Shown here: positions 48,250 through 57,493 of the stretch, one piece after another
Layout: the number at the start of each line of letters is the position of its first letter
Position numbering within the stretch: position 1 is the stretch's first letter
Assembly: GCA_031262165.1 (NCBI GenBank)
Contig: JAISIF010000129.1
Coordinates: 1-57,493, forward strand
DNA: 57,493 nt
Direction: 5' to 3'
Source: Myxococcales bacterium
Lineage (GTDB): Bacteria; Myxococcota; Myxococcia; Myxococcales; UBA5297
The notes under the pieces: model-generated
Told to the model about the DNA's origin: nothing
Database searches by the model: none
What the model saw: the letters and a program-made list of their open reading frames with translations, nothing else
Translations under genes and position numbers: made by a program

Positions 48250-49689
48250 ATGGATCTCTCCAAAGGAAAACAACTCATCGAAGGTCCGCTCAAGCTCGTG
48301 GGTTTGGGCATCGAGAGCATCGTCGAAGGTGCCAAGGCTGCCGGTGCCAATGTGGTCGAGGTGACCTTCCAGCCGCCCGCGGGCGGTGATGCGACTCGGA
48401 TGCGCGCGCTTGCCAAGCTCTTCGAGCCGCCGCTCGCCGAAAAGATCGACGCGGCCAACCAGATCGCCCTCGAACGTCTGCTGGAGAGCCGCCCCACGCT
48501 CGTGGGTGTGGGCGTGGCGCGCGAGGTCATCCCAGGCATGAGCGACGATCTCATCCTGCACGCCGGACCGCCCATCACGTGGGAGCGCATGGCTGGCCCC
48601 TTGCGAGGCGCGATCATCGGCGGCCTCATCTACGAGGGCAAAGCCACGACGCCCGAGGAGGCAGAGGCGCTCGCCGCCTCCGGCAAGATTCGCTTCGATC
48701 CGTGCCACCACCACCACGCGGTCGGGCCCATGGCGGGCGTCGTCACGGCCTCGATGCCGGTCTGGATCGTCGAGGACATGGCAGGCGCGAACGCGGGCAA
48801 CCGCACCTACTGCACGCTCAACGAGGGCCTGGGCAAAGTGCTGCGCTTCGGCGCCTACAACGACGAGGTCGTCACGCGCCTGAAGTTCATCGAGCGCACG
48901 CTCGGCCCCGTGCTCGGTCGGACCATGGCAGGCCGCGGTCCCATCGATCTGAAGATGATCATGGCCCAGGCGCTCCAGATGGGCGACGAGGGCCACAATC
49001 GCAACCGCGCTGGCACCTCGCTGCTCTTCCGCGAGCTCGCGCCCGCCATGGTGCGCTTTGGCGGTGAGGCCGAGGACGTGGCCAAGTGCCTCGACTTCAT
49101 CTCGAAGAACGATCACTTCATCCTCAACCTCACGATGCCCATGGCCAAGTGCATGTTGATGGCGACCGAGGGCATCGCGCACGCGACCGTGCTCAGCGTG
49201 ATGGCGCGCAATGGCACCGACTTCGGCATCCAGGTCGCGAGCATGCCGGGACGCTGGTTCACTGGTCCGGCGCAGCTCATCCGCGGCCTCTACTTCCCGG
49301 GCTTCACGGACGAGCACGCCAACCCAGACATCGGCGACTCGGCCATCACCGAGACGGCTGGCTTTGGTGCCTTCTGCATGGCCGCCGCACCCGCCATCGT
49401 GCAGTTCGTGGGCGGAACAGTGAACGACGCGCTCAAGAACAGCCGCCAGATGGGCCGCATCACCGTGGGCAAAAATTCGCTCTTTCAGATTCCAGCGCTC
49501 GGGTTCGAGGGCAGCCCCACGGGCATCGACGTGCGCCTGGTCGAGGAGAAGAACCAACTGCCGGTCATCAACACGGGCATCGCGCACAAGGCCGCGGGCG
49601 TTGGCCAAGTCGGCGCTGGCCTCGTGAGCCCACCGTGGGAGTGCTTCCACCAGGCGCTCACGGCGATTGTGGAGCAGGAGAATGCTTAG
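48250..49689 (+). CDS. DUF1116 (YlbE/YahG-like) protein
   Basis: LHAGPP, VGPMAG, NEGLGKVLRFGA, MGDEGHNRN, ARNGTDFG, DIGDSAITE and INTGIAH motifs. Confidence 0.92.
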   Translation: MDLSKGKQLIEGPLKLVGLGIESIVEGAKAAGANVVEVTFQPPAGGDATRMRALAKLFEPPLAEKIDAANQIALERLLESRPTLVGVGVAREVIPGMSDDLILHAGPPITWERMAGPLRGAIIGGLIYEGKATTPEEAEALAASGKIRFDPCHHHHAVGPMAGVVTASMPVWIVEDMAGANAGNRTYCTLNEGLGKVLRFGAYNDEVVTRLKFIERTLGPVLGRTMAGRGPIDLKMIMAQALQMGDEGHNRNRAGTSLLFRELAPAMVRFGGEAEDVAKCLDFISKNDHFILNLTMPMAKCMLMATEGIAHATVLSVMARNGTDFGIQVASMPGRWFTGPAQLIRGLYFPGFTDEHANPDIGDSAITETAGFGAFCMAAAPAIVQFVGGTVNDALKNSRQMGRITVGKNSLFQIPALGFEGSPTGIDVRLVEEKNQLPVINTGIAHKAAGVGQVGAGLVSPPWECFHQALTAIVEQENA

Positions 49690-49800
49690 ATCGCCGTTGC
49701 ATCGATGATGGATGGCGCCATCGAAGGGAAACAGGCTCGATCGAAAGATTGGGCCTGTTTTTTTATCTCGAAAACCTCATTTCGAATCTCGAGACCCCGT

Positions 49801-49887
49801 CGTCATTGCGAGGAGCGAAAGCGACGAAGCAGTCCTATCGACGAAAAAATTCGCCAACCATCCTGGATTGCTTCGCTCGCACTGACG
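49801..49887. repeat. Palindromic repeat (GTCATTGCGAG...GGATTGCTTCGCT type)
   Basis: CGTCATTGCGAGGAGCGAAAGCGACGAAGCAGTCC...GGATTGCTTCGCTCGCACTGACG between convergent genes. Confidence 0.75.
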
Positions 49888-49901
49888 GAACTTCGAAGTC
49901 T

Positions 49902-51095
49902 TCACCGCTTGGGGCGCTCGCCCAGCACCACGCTGATCTCCTGCTCGATGCCATCGCGCAGGACCTTCAGCCGAATGTTCTGTCCCGGGGTGAACTGGGA
50001 GATCTGACGGATGAGATGGGAGGCGCTCTGGATGGGCTCGCCCTCGATGTCGATCACGATGTCGCCCGTCTTGAGGCCCGCGGCCTCGGCAGGGCCGTTT
50101 CGATGGATCGATCGGATGCAGGCGCCCTCGGCTTCGGACAGGTTCGTGGCGCGCATCTCCTCTTCGAGGAGGTTGCGGGCCGAGGCGCCCAGAAAGCCGC
50201 GCCGGATCTCGCCATGTTCGACGAGCACGGGCAGCAAGGTGCGGATGAGGTCGCTCGGGACCGCAAAGCCGATGCCGTCGGCCTGATCCACGATGGCCGT
50301 GTTGATGCCCACCACACGCCCCTCCAGATTGAACAGCGGGCCGCCCGAGTTGCCCGGATTGATGGCCGCGTCCGTCTGGAGATAGCTGTCGAAGGGGTTC
50401 TCTCCCAGCTCGCGTGCCGTCCCGGAGATGATGCCGTAGGTGACCGTGAGCTGGAGTCCGAAGGGGTTTCCGATGGCCACCACGAAGTCGCCCACGCGCA
50501 GTGACTTCGACGCCCCGAGCTCGGCAAAGGTGATCGTTTCGTCCAACTCGACGAGCTGGATCAGCGCCACGTCCGTCTCGGGGTCCCTGCCGATCAGGCG
50601 CGCCTGGCGCTCTCGGCCATCGGCCAGCCGCACGAGGATGCGCTCAGCGCCCTCGATGACGTGGTTGTTCGTGAGGATCGTCCCATCGGGCGCGATGAGC
50701 ACGCCCGAGCCGATGGTGCGCGGCCCATCATCGAGCATCCCCATCAGCCGATCCCAGAAGCCCCGCTCTCCCCTCGTCATCACCTCGACCACGGTGGGCC
50801 GCACTCGTTCGACGAGCGGCGCGAGCGAGGGCAACATCTGTGGCAGAGGCCGCTCGGAGAGGGCTTCCTGGCGCGCGGCAGTGGCGCTGTCTGGAGTCAG
50901 CTTTTGGGCGTCGAGCACGCGCGTGGACGGGGGCGGCGGTGTCGCGGGCGCCTGTTCCGTCGCGGCCGCAGCGCTCGGCTCGCTCGCGTTCGCGCTCATC
51001 TCAGGAACGTCGGGCTGCACCGAGATGACCGCGATCTCTGCCAGCGCCCAGGCGATCCACAAGAGCAGTGCCGCCCTCGAAAGCTCACGCCACAT
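49902..51095 (-). CDS. HtrA/DegP-family serine protease with one PDZ domain
   Basis: GSGV, TNNHVI, TDVAL, IGNPFGL and TDAAINPGNSGGP motifs; PDZ GPAEAAGLKTGD. Start uncertain. Confidence 0.93.
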   Translation of the reverse strand: MWRELSRAALLLWIAWALAEIAVISVQPDVPEMSANASEPSAAAATEQAPATPPPPSTRVLDAQKLTPDSATAARQEALSERPLPQMLPSLAPLVERVRPTVVEVMTRGERGFWDRLMGMLDDGPRTIGSGVLIAPDGTILTNNHVIEGAERILVRLADGRERQARLIGRDPETDVALIQLVELDETITFAELGASKSLRVGDFVVAIGNPFGLQLTVTYGIISGTARELGENPFDSYLQTDAAINPGNSGGPLFNLEGRVVGINTAIVDQADGIGFAVPSDLIRTLLPVLVEHGEIRRGFLGASARNLLEEEMRATNLSEAEGACIRSIHRNGPAEAAGLKTGDIVIDIEGEPIQSASHLIRQISQFTPGQNIRLKVLRDGIEQEISVVLGERPKR

Positions 51096-51177
51096 CGCGC
51101 GCCTCCCTCGACCCAACCCCCAGCTCATCGGCGGAGCATCGACGACGAGATCTCTCGACAAGCGACGCCCGGCGCGC

Positions 51178-51438
51178 TCAGGCCTGGGCGCCACTCCAGA
51201 CGAAGCGCCGCCGCTCTTCGTGGGCGCGAATCAGGTAGCCCATCAACATCAGCGAGGAGCTGTTCTCGAGGATGCGCGAGGGATCTTTGGAGATGAGGTT
51301 CGCGCTGTAGGACAGGAAGAACTGCGCGAGATCTTCCCCCGCCTCACGGAGGATGAGCGCGTTGAGCACAGAGGCCTCCATCGTCCGGATGTCGTTGATG
51401 AAGCCGACCGCGATCTTCTTCTTCTCGTTCTTCTCCAT
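51178..51438 (-). CDS. Small hypothetical protein (86 aa)
   Basis: GGAGG RBS before ATG 51438; host-like codon usage. Confidence 0.65.
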   Translation of the reverse strand: MEKNEKKKIAVGFINDIRTMEASVLNALILREAGEDLAQFFLSYSANLISKDPSRILENSSSLMLMGYLIRAHEERRRFVWSGAQA

Positions 51439-51713
51439 CCCGCGCCTCCCCGTTCCCCTTCCCCATCCGACCGCTGCCCAGAGGAGGTTTTGGACGGGGT
51501 GGACGATGCGCAAGGGCCCGATGCAGCGCTGACATCAGCTCGGCGTCGCCCCCTCCCTCTCCCGGTCGCTGCGCGACGGAGTTCTCCCACGAGTGGGAGA
51601 GGGATTTTTGTGCTGGTTGTCTCGACTGATCCGCGATCTTTTCCCTCTCCCGTTTGACGGAAGAGGGTCGACGCGCAGCGATCAGGAGAGTGGGGCCGGA
51701 GAGTGGGGCTTCG

Positions 51714-52607
51714 TCACGCGAAGACCACGGTCTTGTTGCCGCAGACGAGGATGCGATCTTCGAGGTGCCAACGGACGGCGCGCGCCAGCACGACCTTCTC
51801 GAGATCGCTGCCCTTGCGCGAGAGGTCGGTGGCTCGATCGCGGTGTGAGCAGCGCACCACGTCCTGCTCGATGATCGGCCCCTCGTCGAGGTTGACCGTC
51901 GTGTAGTGCGCCGTTGCGCCGATGAGCTTCACACCTCGGGCATGGGCCTGCTGGTAGGGCTTGCCGCCCTTGAAGGCGGGCAGAAACGAGTGGTGGATGT
52001 TGATGATGCGCTCGGGAAAACGCTCGATGAACGACCCGCTGAGGATCTGCATGTAGCGGGCAAGCACGATGAGATCGACGCCTTCGGCTTCGAGCAGCGC
52101 GGCCTCGGCCTCCTCCTGCGCGTGCTTTGTCTCGGGCGAGATCGGGAACATGTGAAACGGGATCTGGAAATAATCGGCGATCGGGCGGAGCGCCTCGTGG
52201 TTGCTGACGATGAGCGGAATGTCGCAGTCGAGCTCGCGCGAGTGCCAGCGGGCGAGCAGATCGATGAGGCAGTGATCGTATCTCGACACGAAGATCGCCA
52301 CGCGCTTGCGCTCATCCCCCCAGCACAGGCGCCACTTCATCGAGAAACGCTCGGCCACTTCGCCGATGCCTCGGACGAGCGTCGCGCGGTCGGTGCGCAG
52401 CTCGCTCGCGTCGAAGCGGATGCGCTGGAAGAACTGTCCGGCCGTTGGATCCGCGTGCTGATCCGAGTCGAGGAGGTTGGCGCCGTGGCCAGCGAGGATC
52501 TGCGCCAGGGCGGCGACGAGGCCACGCCGATCGGCACAAGAGACGAGGAGTGTCCCCAGATCGCGCGGGCGCGGATCGGAGGTGGTGGGCGGAAGGGAGG
52601 GCGGCAT
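51714..52607 (-). CDS. purU: Formyltetrahydrofolate deformylase
   Basis: ACT domain; HCLIDLL, LARYMQILS, INIHHSFLPAF, GVKLIGATAH and LDEGPIIEQ motifs. Confidence 0.96.
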   Translation of the reverse strand: MPPSLPPTTSDPRPRDLGTLLVSCADRRGLVAALAQILAGHGANLLDSDQHADPTAGQFFQRIRFDASELRTDRATLVRGIGEVAERFSMKWRLCWGDERKRVAIFVSRYDHCLIDLLARWHSRELDCDIPLIVSNHEALRPIADYFQIPFHMFPISPETKHAQEEAEAALLEAEGVDLIVLARYMQILSGSFIERFPERIINIHHSFLPAFKGGKPYQQAHARGVKLIGATAHYTTVNLDEGPIIEQDVVRCSHRDRATDLSRKGSDLEKVVLARAVRWHLEDRILVCGNKTVVFA

Positions 52608-52716
52608 GCTCGTCGCTCGAAGAGGTCAAAAAAGAAGGGCGACTTCATTCGATGGAGCCGCCCTTGAAAACACTGCGAAGTCGTCTGTTTGGTCAGTGAC
52701 CTACTCGGCCTTCTGC

Positions 52717-53184
52717 TCAGCTTTGGGCCATGAGGTGTGCCTTGAGTGCGTCGAGGCAGGCGAGCGCCGAATCCTTGGAGACGAGGAGGCGTGGCACGAT
52801 CACGTCCAGAATGAGCTCGCGCTCCTGCTTGGAGAGGATCTTGTCGAGGCTGAGGATCGACATCGCCTCTTCGAACAGCGCGTGGCCAATGCCGCTTTTG
52901 AACTGCTCGGGCACGGCGTCCATGGCGTCGAACACCTGCTTGAGGCGGTCGTCCTCGACGGGCTTCCCCGTACGCAGTCCTTCGAGGTGCTCGGAGAACA
53001 TCATCTTGACCTCGGCGTCCGAGAGGAGCGTCGCGCTCAGCGGGCGCTCGAGCACCTGTTCCTCGGCGGAGGCCAGGCCATCCCAGGAGGCGACGAGGAG
53101 CTTGATGTTCACCGAGGCGCGGTCGCAGGCGAGGGCGAGCTCGGGATCGTTGAGCGCGTCGAGAAGTTCTTTCGAGAGGGCCAT
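52717..53184 (-). CDS. Hypothetical protein
   Basis: AGGAG RBS; host-like codon usage; helical. Confidence 0.7.
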   Translation of the reverse strand: MALSKELLDALNDPELALACDRASVNIKLLVASWDGLASAEEQVLERPLSATLLSDAEVKMMFSEHLEGLRTGKPVEDDRLKQVFDAMDAVPEQFKSGIGHALFEEAMSILSLDKILSKQERELILDVIVPRLLVSKDSALACLDALKAHLMAQS

Positions 53185-53324
53185 GCGCTGTCTCCTGATG
53201 GGTGGCGTGAAGGTTTGAGGGGGAGGCTTCGAGAGTGGAGCGCGGGCCTCTAGTCGAAAAGGGTTCTCACGAACAAGTGAAACCCGCTGGCATCAGGACA
53301 ATCGACGCCTCACCCTTGGCTCAC

Positions 53325-53582
53325 TGGGTTTTGATGTCGAATGACGACCATGGGGCGTTGCACGCAGCCTCCCTACACATCCCTCGCGACCTCCAAACGA
53401 CAGAACCCGATCTCCCTTCGGCTCCCTCCCCCCTCTAGAGGCCATCGAGTGCTAACGGGCCACCCCGCAACTCCCTCGTGTCGCCTTCTCCGACATCCCT
53501 CTCGGTGAGTGGGATTCTCATAAGAAGAAAAGCCCCCCTCTTTTGGGGGAGGGGCGCACCGCTTTGAGGAAGGTGGCGTGTC
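53325..53582. repeat. Degenerate family B/C repeat cluster
   Basis: GGGTTTTGATGTCG...CCCTAC...CAGAACCCGATC and CCGACATCCCTCTCGGTGA...GGCGTGTC resemble parts of the 25007, 34354 and 42975 elements. Confidence 0.55.
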
Positions 53583-53690
53583 GAGCGATTGGCGAACTCG
53601 ACAAACGCCCTGCTGAAGCCTTCGAATTAGAATTAGGTTTGACAACCCATCGAGGCGAGTGCATAGGGCCGCGCCGTTTTTATGGACGCC

Positions 53691-53762
53691 GGGCGATTAG
53701 CTCAGCGGTAGAGCACTGCCTTCACACGGCAGGGGTCGCTGGTTCGAAACCAGCATCGCCCA
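53691..53762 (+). tRNA. tRNA-Val(CAC)
   Basis: Acceptor GGGCGAT/ATCGCCC; anticodon arm CTGCC-TTCACAC-GGCAG; GGTTCGAAAC T loop; CCA not encoded. Confidence 0.96.
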
Positions 53763-53772
53763 CACCCAAATG

Positions 53773-53812
53773 ACCGGAACTCGCTCAGCGCGGGTTCCGG
53801 TTTTCGTTTTTT
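53773..53812 (+). terminator. Terminator after tRNA-Val
   Basis: ACCGGAAC...GTTCCGGT stem followed by T runs. Confidence 0.75.
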
Positions 53813-53923
53813 CGAGTCGGATCGAATCGATGCTGCCGTTGACGTCGGTCTGCTAGAGAGCGCCTCCTTTTCGGCCCCCCCCCCCTCCATGCTGGCGCGC
53901 ATTGCCAGAGCAGAAGGTGCCGG

Positions 53924-54376
53924 ATGAATCGACGCGATTTTCTCGAGGGCCTGCTCACGCCGGTCATGGATTTCGAGACGGCCTTCTGCAACTTCGACTG
54001 CACGCGCTGCGCTCAGGCCTGCCCCAGGGGCGCGCTCCCGCCGCTCACGCGTGAGGAGAAGCAGCGCATCCAAGTGTGCCGCGCCGCCTTCGACAGGGGC
54101 CTGGGCATCGTGAACACGGACGGCACCTACTGCGGCGCCTGTTCGGAACACTGCCCCACGCAGGCCGTCCAGATGGTCCCGGTCCGCGATGGGCTGACCA
54201 TCCCCGAGGTCGACGCGGATGGCTGTGTCGGCTGCGGCGCCTGCGAATAGATCTGCTCGGTCCGGCCAAGGCACGCGATCCACGTCGAGGGCAACGCGGT
54301 CCACCAGACAGCGCGCGCGCCTCGGACGGGGTCAGACACTCGGCCTGAGATCGACATCGACGACTTCGGGTTCTGA
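53924..54376 (+). pseudogene. Fragment of a multi-[4Fe-4S] ferredoxin-like gene with an in-frame TAG
   Basis: CxxxCxxCxxxCP, CGACSEHCP and CVGCGACE*IC; the frame continues ...HAIHVEG...DDFGF to TGA 54376. Confidence 0.75.
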
Positions 54377-54502
54377 GTCGGAAGCGGCTGGTGGACGGGG
54401 GAGACGGCAGTGGGAGGAGGCGCTCGAGCGTCCACGCTTTTCCTCTCCCGAATGGAGCTGTCGGAGAGAGGCGGCGCGGAATCGAGATTTTTCAGTCAGG
54501 CC

Positions 54503-55678
54503 CTAAAACCGCCCGACGAGCGAGATCGTCCCGACCTGCCGCAGGTAGCTCAGCGACGTGTCGTCGTCGCGCCGCGGCAGCTCCATCCACGAGAGGCTGT
54601 ATTTGAGCTCGATCTCGATGTGCTCCGTGAGAGGGCGCGCCAGCTTCAGGGTCGAGCTGCTCTGTGACTCGTCGTCGTAGAGGAGCAAGTCGATGAGGTC
54701 ATCCGAGAGGTAGAGGCCATCTGGGTAGTGCAGCGTCTGCCAGGCCAGGTGCAGCCCCACGAAGACAGACCACGGCAGGCGCGTGGTCATCGCCACGAAG
54801 ACGCGGTGGCGCTGGAAGCTCTCGCCGAGGCTGTTCGACCAATTGCCCACCCACAGGTAGCCGCCCTGGAAGGCCGCCCTCTGGTGCCGGTAGGAGGCCT
54901 GGAGCTGCAGCGAGAGCAAGCGATCTCGCCGCACGACCGATCCGGGCATCTCGTCCGAAGCGCGCGCGAAGCCCTCGTAGGTCGGCAGCGCGCCGCGCAC
55001 ACCGAGCGCGAGCTGGAGGCGACGATGGACTTGCCACAATCCCCACAGGCCACCCCGAAGTCCCCAGAAGCCATAGTCCTCCTCGTGAGGATAGCTGAAG
55101 TGGCGCACGCCGAGCTCGCCCTTGAGCGCCAAGCCTCTCGCGATCCGCCACCGCGCCGATAGGTCGCCGGATAGGTCGAGGTAGTCGCGCAGACCATTGC
55201 GCGAGAAGCGCAGCTTGGCGTTCGCGCTGGCCTCGAAGGTCCAGTTCGAGGCGGTGCTGGCCACGTAGCCGAGCGCGAGCTGCTGGACCATGAGGTCCTC
55301 GGCGTCGAGGTTGAAGAATTTCTTGAGGCCGAGGTCGTAGCGCCCATGGAGGCGGTGGCGATCATCCAGCGAGAGCTCGCCGCGGGCCGTTCCAGCGAGA
55401 CCGGCAAAGGCGTCCGAGACAGCCTCTTCGCCGATCACGCGGCGCGCGTTCGTGTCCACGCCCGCGTTGAACGTGATGGTCGCCTCCCCATTGGCGCGCA
55501 CCGACGATGGCGATGTCGCTGGAGGTGGCGGCGACATGGGCGCTTCAGAGGCACGCGCATCGACACTCCCGCTCATCACGCCAACACCTTCGAGCGCTTC
55601 GTCCGCCTCGACGTCCACGCCTTGGGCAGACAAGGCGAGCGTCACGAGCGCGGTAAGAGCTGGGAGCAGAATCGGCAA
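54503..55678 (-). CDS. Probable outer-membrane beta-barrel protein
   Basis: Signal peptide; amphipathic beta strands; C-terminal Phe (LVGRF). Confidence 0.65.
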   Translation of the reverse strand: MPILLPALTALVTLALSAQGVDVEADEALEGVGVMSGSVDARASEAPMSPPPPATSPSSVRANGEATITFNAGVDTNARRVIGEEAVSDAFAGLAGTARGELSLDDRHRLHGRYDLGLKKFFNLDAEDLMVQQLALGYVASTASNWTFEASANAKLRFSRNGLRDYLDLSGDLSARWRIARGLALKGELGVRHFSYPHEEDYGFWGLRGGLWGLWQVHRRLQLALGVRGALPTYEGFARASDEMPGSVVRRDRLLSLQLQASYRHQRAAFQGGYLWVGNWSNSLGESFQRHRVFVAMTTRLPWSVFVGLHLAWQTLHYPDGLYLSDDLIDLLLYDDESQSSSTLKLARPLTEHIEIELKYSLSWMELPRRDDDTSLSYLRQVGTISLVGRF

Positions 55679-55738
55679 GGCGTCGGGTTCCGGGATCCAA
55701 TGAAGGGCGATCGGACGGGTCGGATAAAGCGGGGCGCT

Positions 55739-56986
55739 CTAGCGCGTCGCGCCAGCGCCGGGAAGCAAGATGATGTGCGTGATCTCAGGCGGCGCGCCCA
55801 CGCGGGCCGGCGGCCCCCAGTAGCCACAGCCGCGCGTGACGTAGAGCTGCCCTTTGCCGTGTCGATAAAGACCTGCCAGGAACCCATCGTTCGCGTGCCA
55901 CGCAAAGGGATGGAAAGGAAACATCTGGCCGCCGTGCGTGTGGCCAGACAGCTGGAGCGCGACCCCCTGCCCGACCGCATCCCTGAAGCCACGGGGTTGG
56001 TGGGTGAGCAGGATGCTCGGGCGATCACCGTGGCGGCGCTGGGCCAGCGCGCCGACCAGGTCATAGCCCGGGCTGATGCCGTGCCTGGCCATACTCCAGT
56101 CGTCCACACCGAGCAGGTCGAGGCCGTCTAGGTCCGCGCATTCGTTGCGCAGGACGCGGATGCCCAGCGAAGAGAGGAACGCCACCCACGGATCCACACC
56201 CGAGTAGATCTCGTGGTTCCCGACGACGAAGAAGGTTCCCAGGCGCGAACGGAGGTTGGCCAGCGGCGCGACGCTCGACGATAGCGCGTGGACTTTGCCG
56301 TCCACCAGATCGCCCGCGATGAACACGGCGTCGGGCGCGAGCGCGTTCACCTTGTCCACGAGATCCTGGACAAAGTCGCGACCGATCCAGCCACCCACGT
56401 GGATGTCGGACAGGAGCGCGATCGACAGCCCTGACAGGCGCTCGGAGAGGCCTTCGAGGTGGATGGGGCGACGCACGATCTGGCAGTGTTGCGCGCTCCA
56501 AAATCCCCAACCCGAGGTCGGCAGAGCCAGGCCAAGGCCGATCAGACCGCTGTTCTTGAGAAAGCGGCGGCGCTCGGGACGAAACGTGGCCTCCACTTCA
56601 GGCACCTCGGCGGAGATTGGCGCGAGGACCTCTTCCGCACTCGATGGCGCGACCGACGGTGGGAGCCTCAGCGCTTTGCGCCGACGCACGCGCTCCACGA
56701 GCCAGGCGACGAAGATCGCGAGATCGATCGCGAGCAGCGCAAACAGGCAGTAGAGCGCGATTGGCATCCACACGTAGCCCGCGCGCTGGAGGTAGAGGGC
56801 TGCCGTCCCTGGGAGGATCCGGGAGATGGTGTTCCCAAACGCGACGAAGAAGAGGAGCGTGAGGAGGATCGCCGCCCCTGCCCCTCTCTGACCGCGGCCT
56901 GAGAGGGGCCGCACCAAGCGTCGGTAGAAGTAATAGTGGGCAGCGATCAGGGCGATGGCCGCGATGGGAAAAAAGAAGAAAAACAT
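55739..56986 (-). CDS. Membrane-anchored metallophosphoesterase (YkuE-like)
   Basis: SDIH, GDLVD, GNHE, LLTHQP, LSGHTHGGQ and GYWGPPAR motifs. Confidence 0.93.
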   Translation of the reverse strand: MFFFFFPIAAIALIAAHYYFYRRLVRPLSGRGQRGAGAAILLTLLFFVAFGNTISRILPGTAALYLQRAGYVWMPIALYCLFALLAIDLAIFVAWLVERVRRRKALRLPPSVAPSSAEEVLAPISAEVPEVEATFRPERRRFLKNSGLIGLGLALPTSGWGFWSAQHCQIVRRPIHLEGLSERLSGLSIALLSDIHVGGWIGRDFVQDLVDKVNALAPDAVFIAGDLVDGKVHALSSSVAPLANLRSRLGTFFVVGNHEIYSGVDPWVAFLSSLGIRVLRNECADLDGLDLLGVDDWSMARHGISPGYDLVGALAQRRHGDRPSILLTHQPRGFRDAVGQGVALQLSGHTHGGQMFPFHPFAWHANDGFLAGLYRHGKGQLYVTRGCGYWGPPARVGAPPEITHIILLPGAGATR

Positions 56987-57206
56987 GAGCACCAAGCCGT
57001 TGGGGCGATCCTCTCGAAGCGCGTTCGAAGCAAGCCAACTGCAATTTTAAGTGTGGGCGCGCCAGCCGACAGCACGCTCCCCCAATTGCTAGAGCGGGCG
57101 CCATGCAGTCGAGGCGCGAGAGGTGTCAACGCGGAAACGCTCATCGAACCGGGGGTGAGGCGCACGGAAGAATGACGTGAAAAACATCAGAATCCTCGAA
57201 AAATTC

Positions 57207-57235
57207 TTGACCTGGACAAAAGCCTCGACTAAAGA
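57207..57235 (+). promoter_or_regulatory. Possible sigma70 promoter for tRNA-Ala
   Basis: TTGACC-17 bp-TAAAGA followed by a GC-rich discriminator. Confidence 0.45.
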
Positions 57236-57286
57236 GCCGCGCGTTTTTTCGGGAACTTCTCGAAAAGGCAGACAAATGAATACCCT

Positions 57287-57359
57287 GGGGCTGTAGCTCA
57301 GTTGGGAGAGCGCCTGAATGGCATTCAGGAGGTCATCAGTTCGATCCTGTTCAGCTCCA
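57287..57359 (+). tRNA. tRNA-Ala(GGC)
   Basis: GGGGCTG/CAGCTCC acceptor with G3:U70; anticodon arm CCTGA-ATGGCAT-TCAGG; TTCGATC T loop; CCA not encoded. Confidence 0.96.
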
Positions 57360-57493
57360 CTTAGAGGTTGGTTGTAGAAGTCCGTCGAAGTCCATAACCC
57401 GTTGAAATCACTGAGGTTTTCAGAGGTTTCGGGGCCAAGATGGACCCCGTGAAGGCCACGGACATCTGAAAAAACTGAGGTGTGACGTTTTTT

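Noticed and set aside
54248-54250. Pyrrolysine recoding
   Set aside because: The gene is otherwise truncated and degenerate, and no pyl genes are in the window.

Overview
A high-GC chromosomal segment with myxobacterial/deltaproteobacterial gene content (FHA-sigma54 activator, Ser/Thr kinase-like protein, Cys-rich lipoproteins, PilZ); this taxonomy is inferred, not tested. It runs from the start of an IS5-family transposase at the left edge to tRNA-Ala followed by a probable integration (att) arm at the right edge. Recognisable genes are trpS, metF, rsfS, glyA, hydG, punA, hutI, shc, fdrA plus DUF1116, an HtrA protease, purU and two tRNAs. The most striking structure lies between glyA and hydG: two different cargo blocks sit in tandem, separated by a hybrid spacer made of a hydG 5' remnant fused to a second glyA 3' end (87 bp identical to glyA). 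Block 1 is a lower-GC mccB-mccA-methyltransferase set; block 2 has ZU5-like/DUF922-like genes and a protease pair. No integrase is visible, so this looks like homology-driven cassette accretion, although a strain-chimeric assembly must be excluded. Other notable items are an ECF sigma/zinc anti-sigma/TM fusion, an HRN pseudokinase, three tandem GsiB/Em-like genes, five copies of a MITE with mostly TWA flanks, and several further palindromic repeat families. All calls come from reading motifs by eye; no database searches were run.
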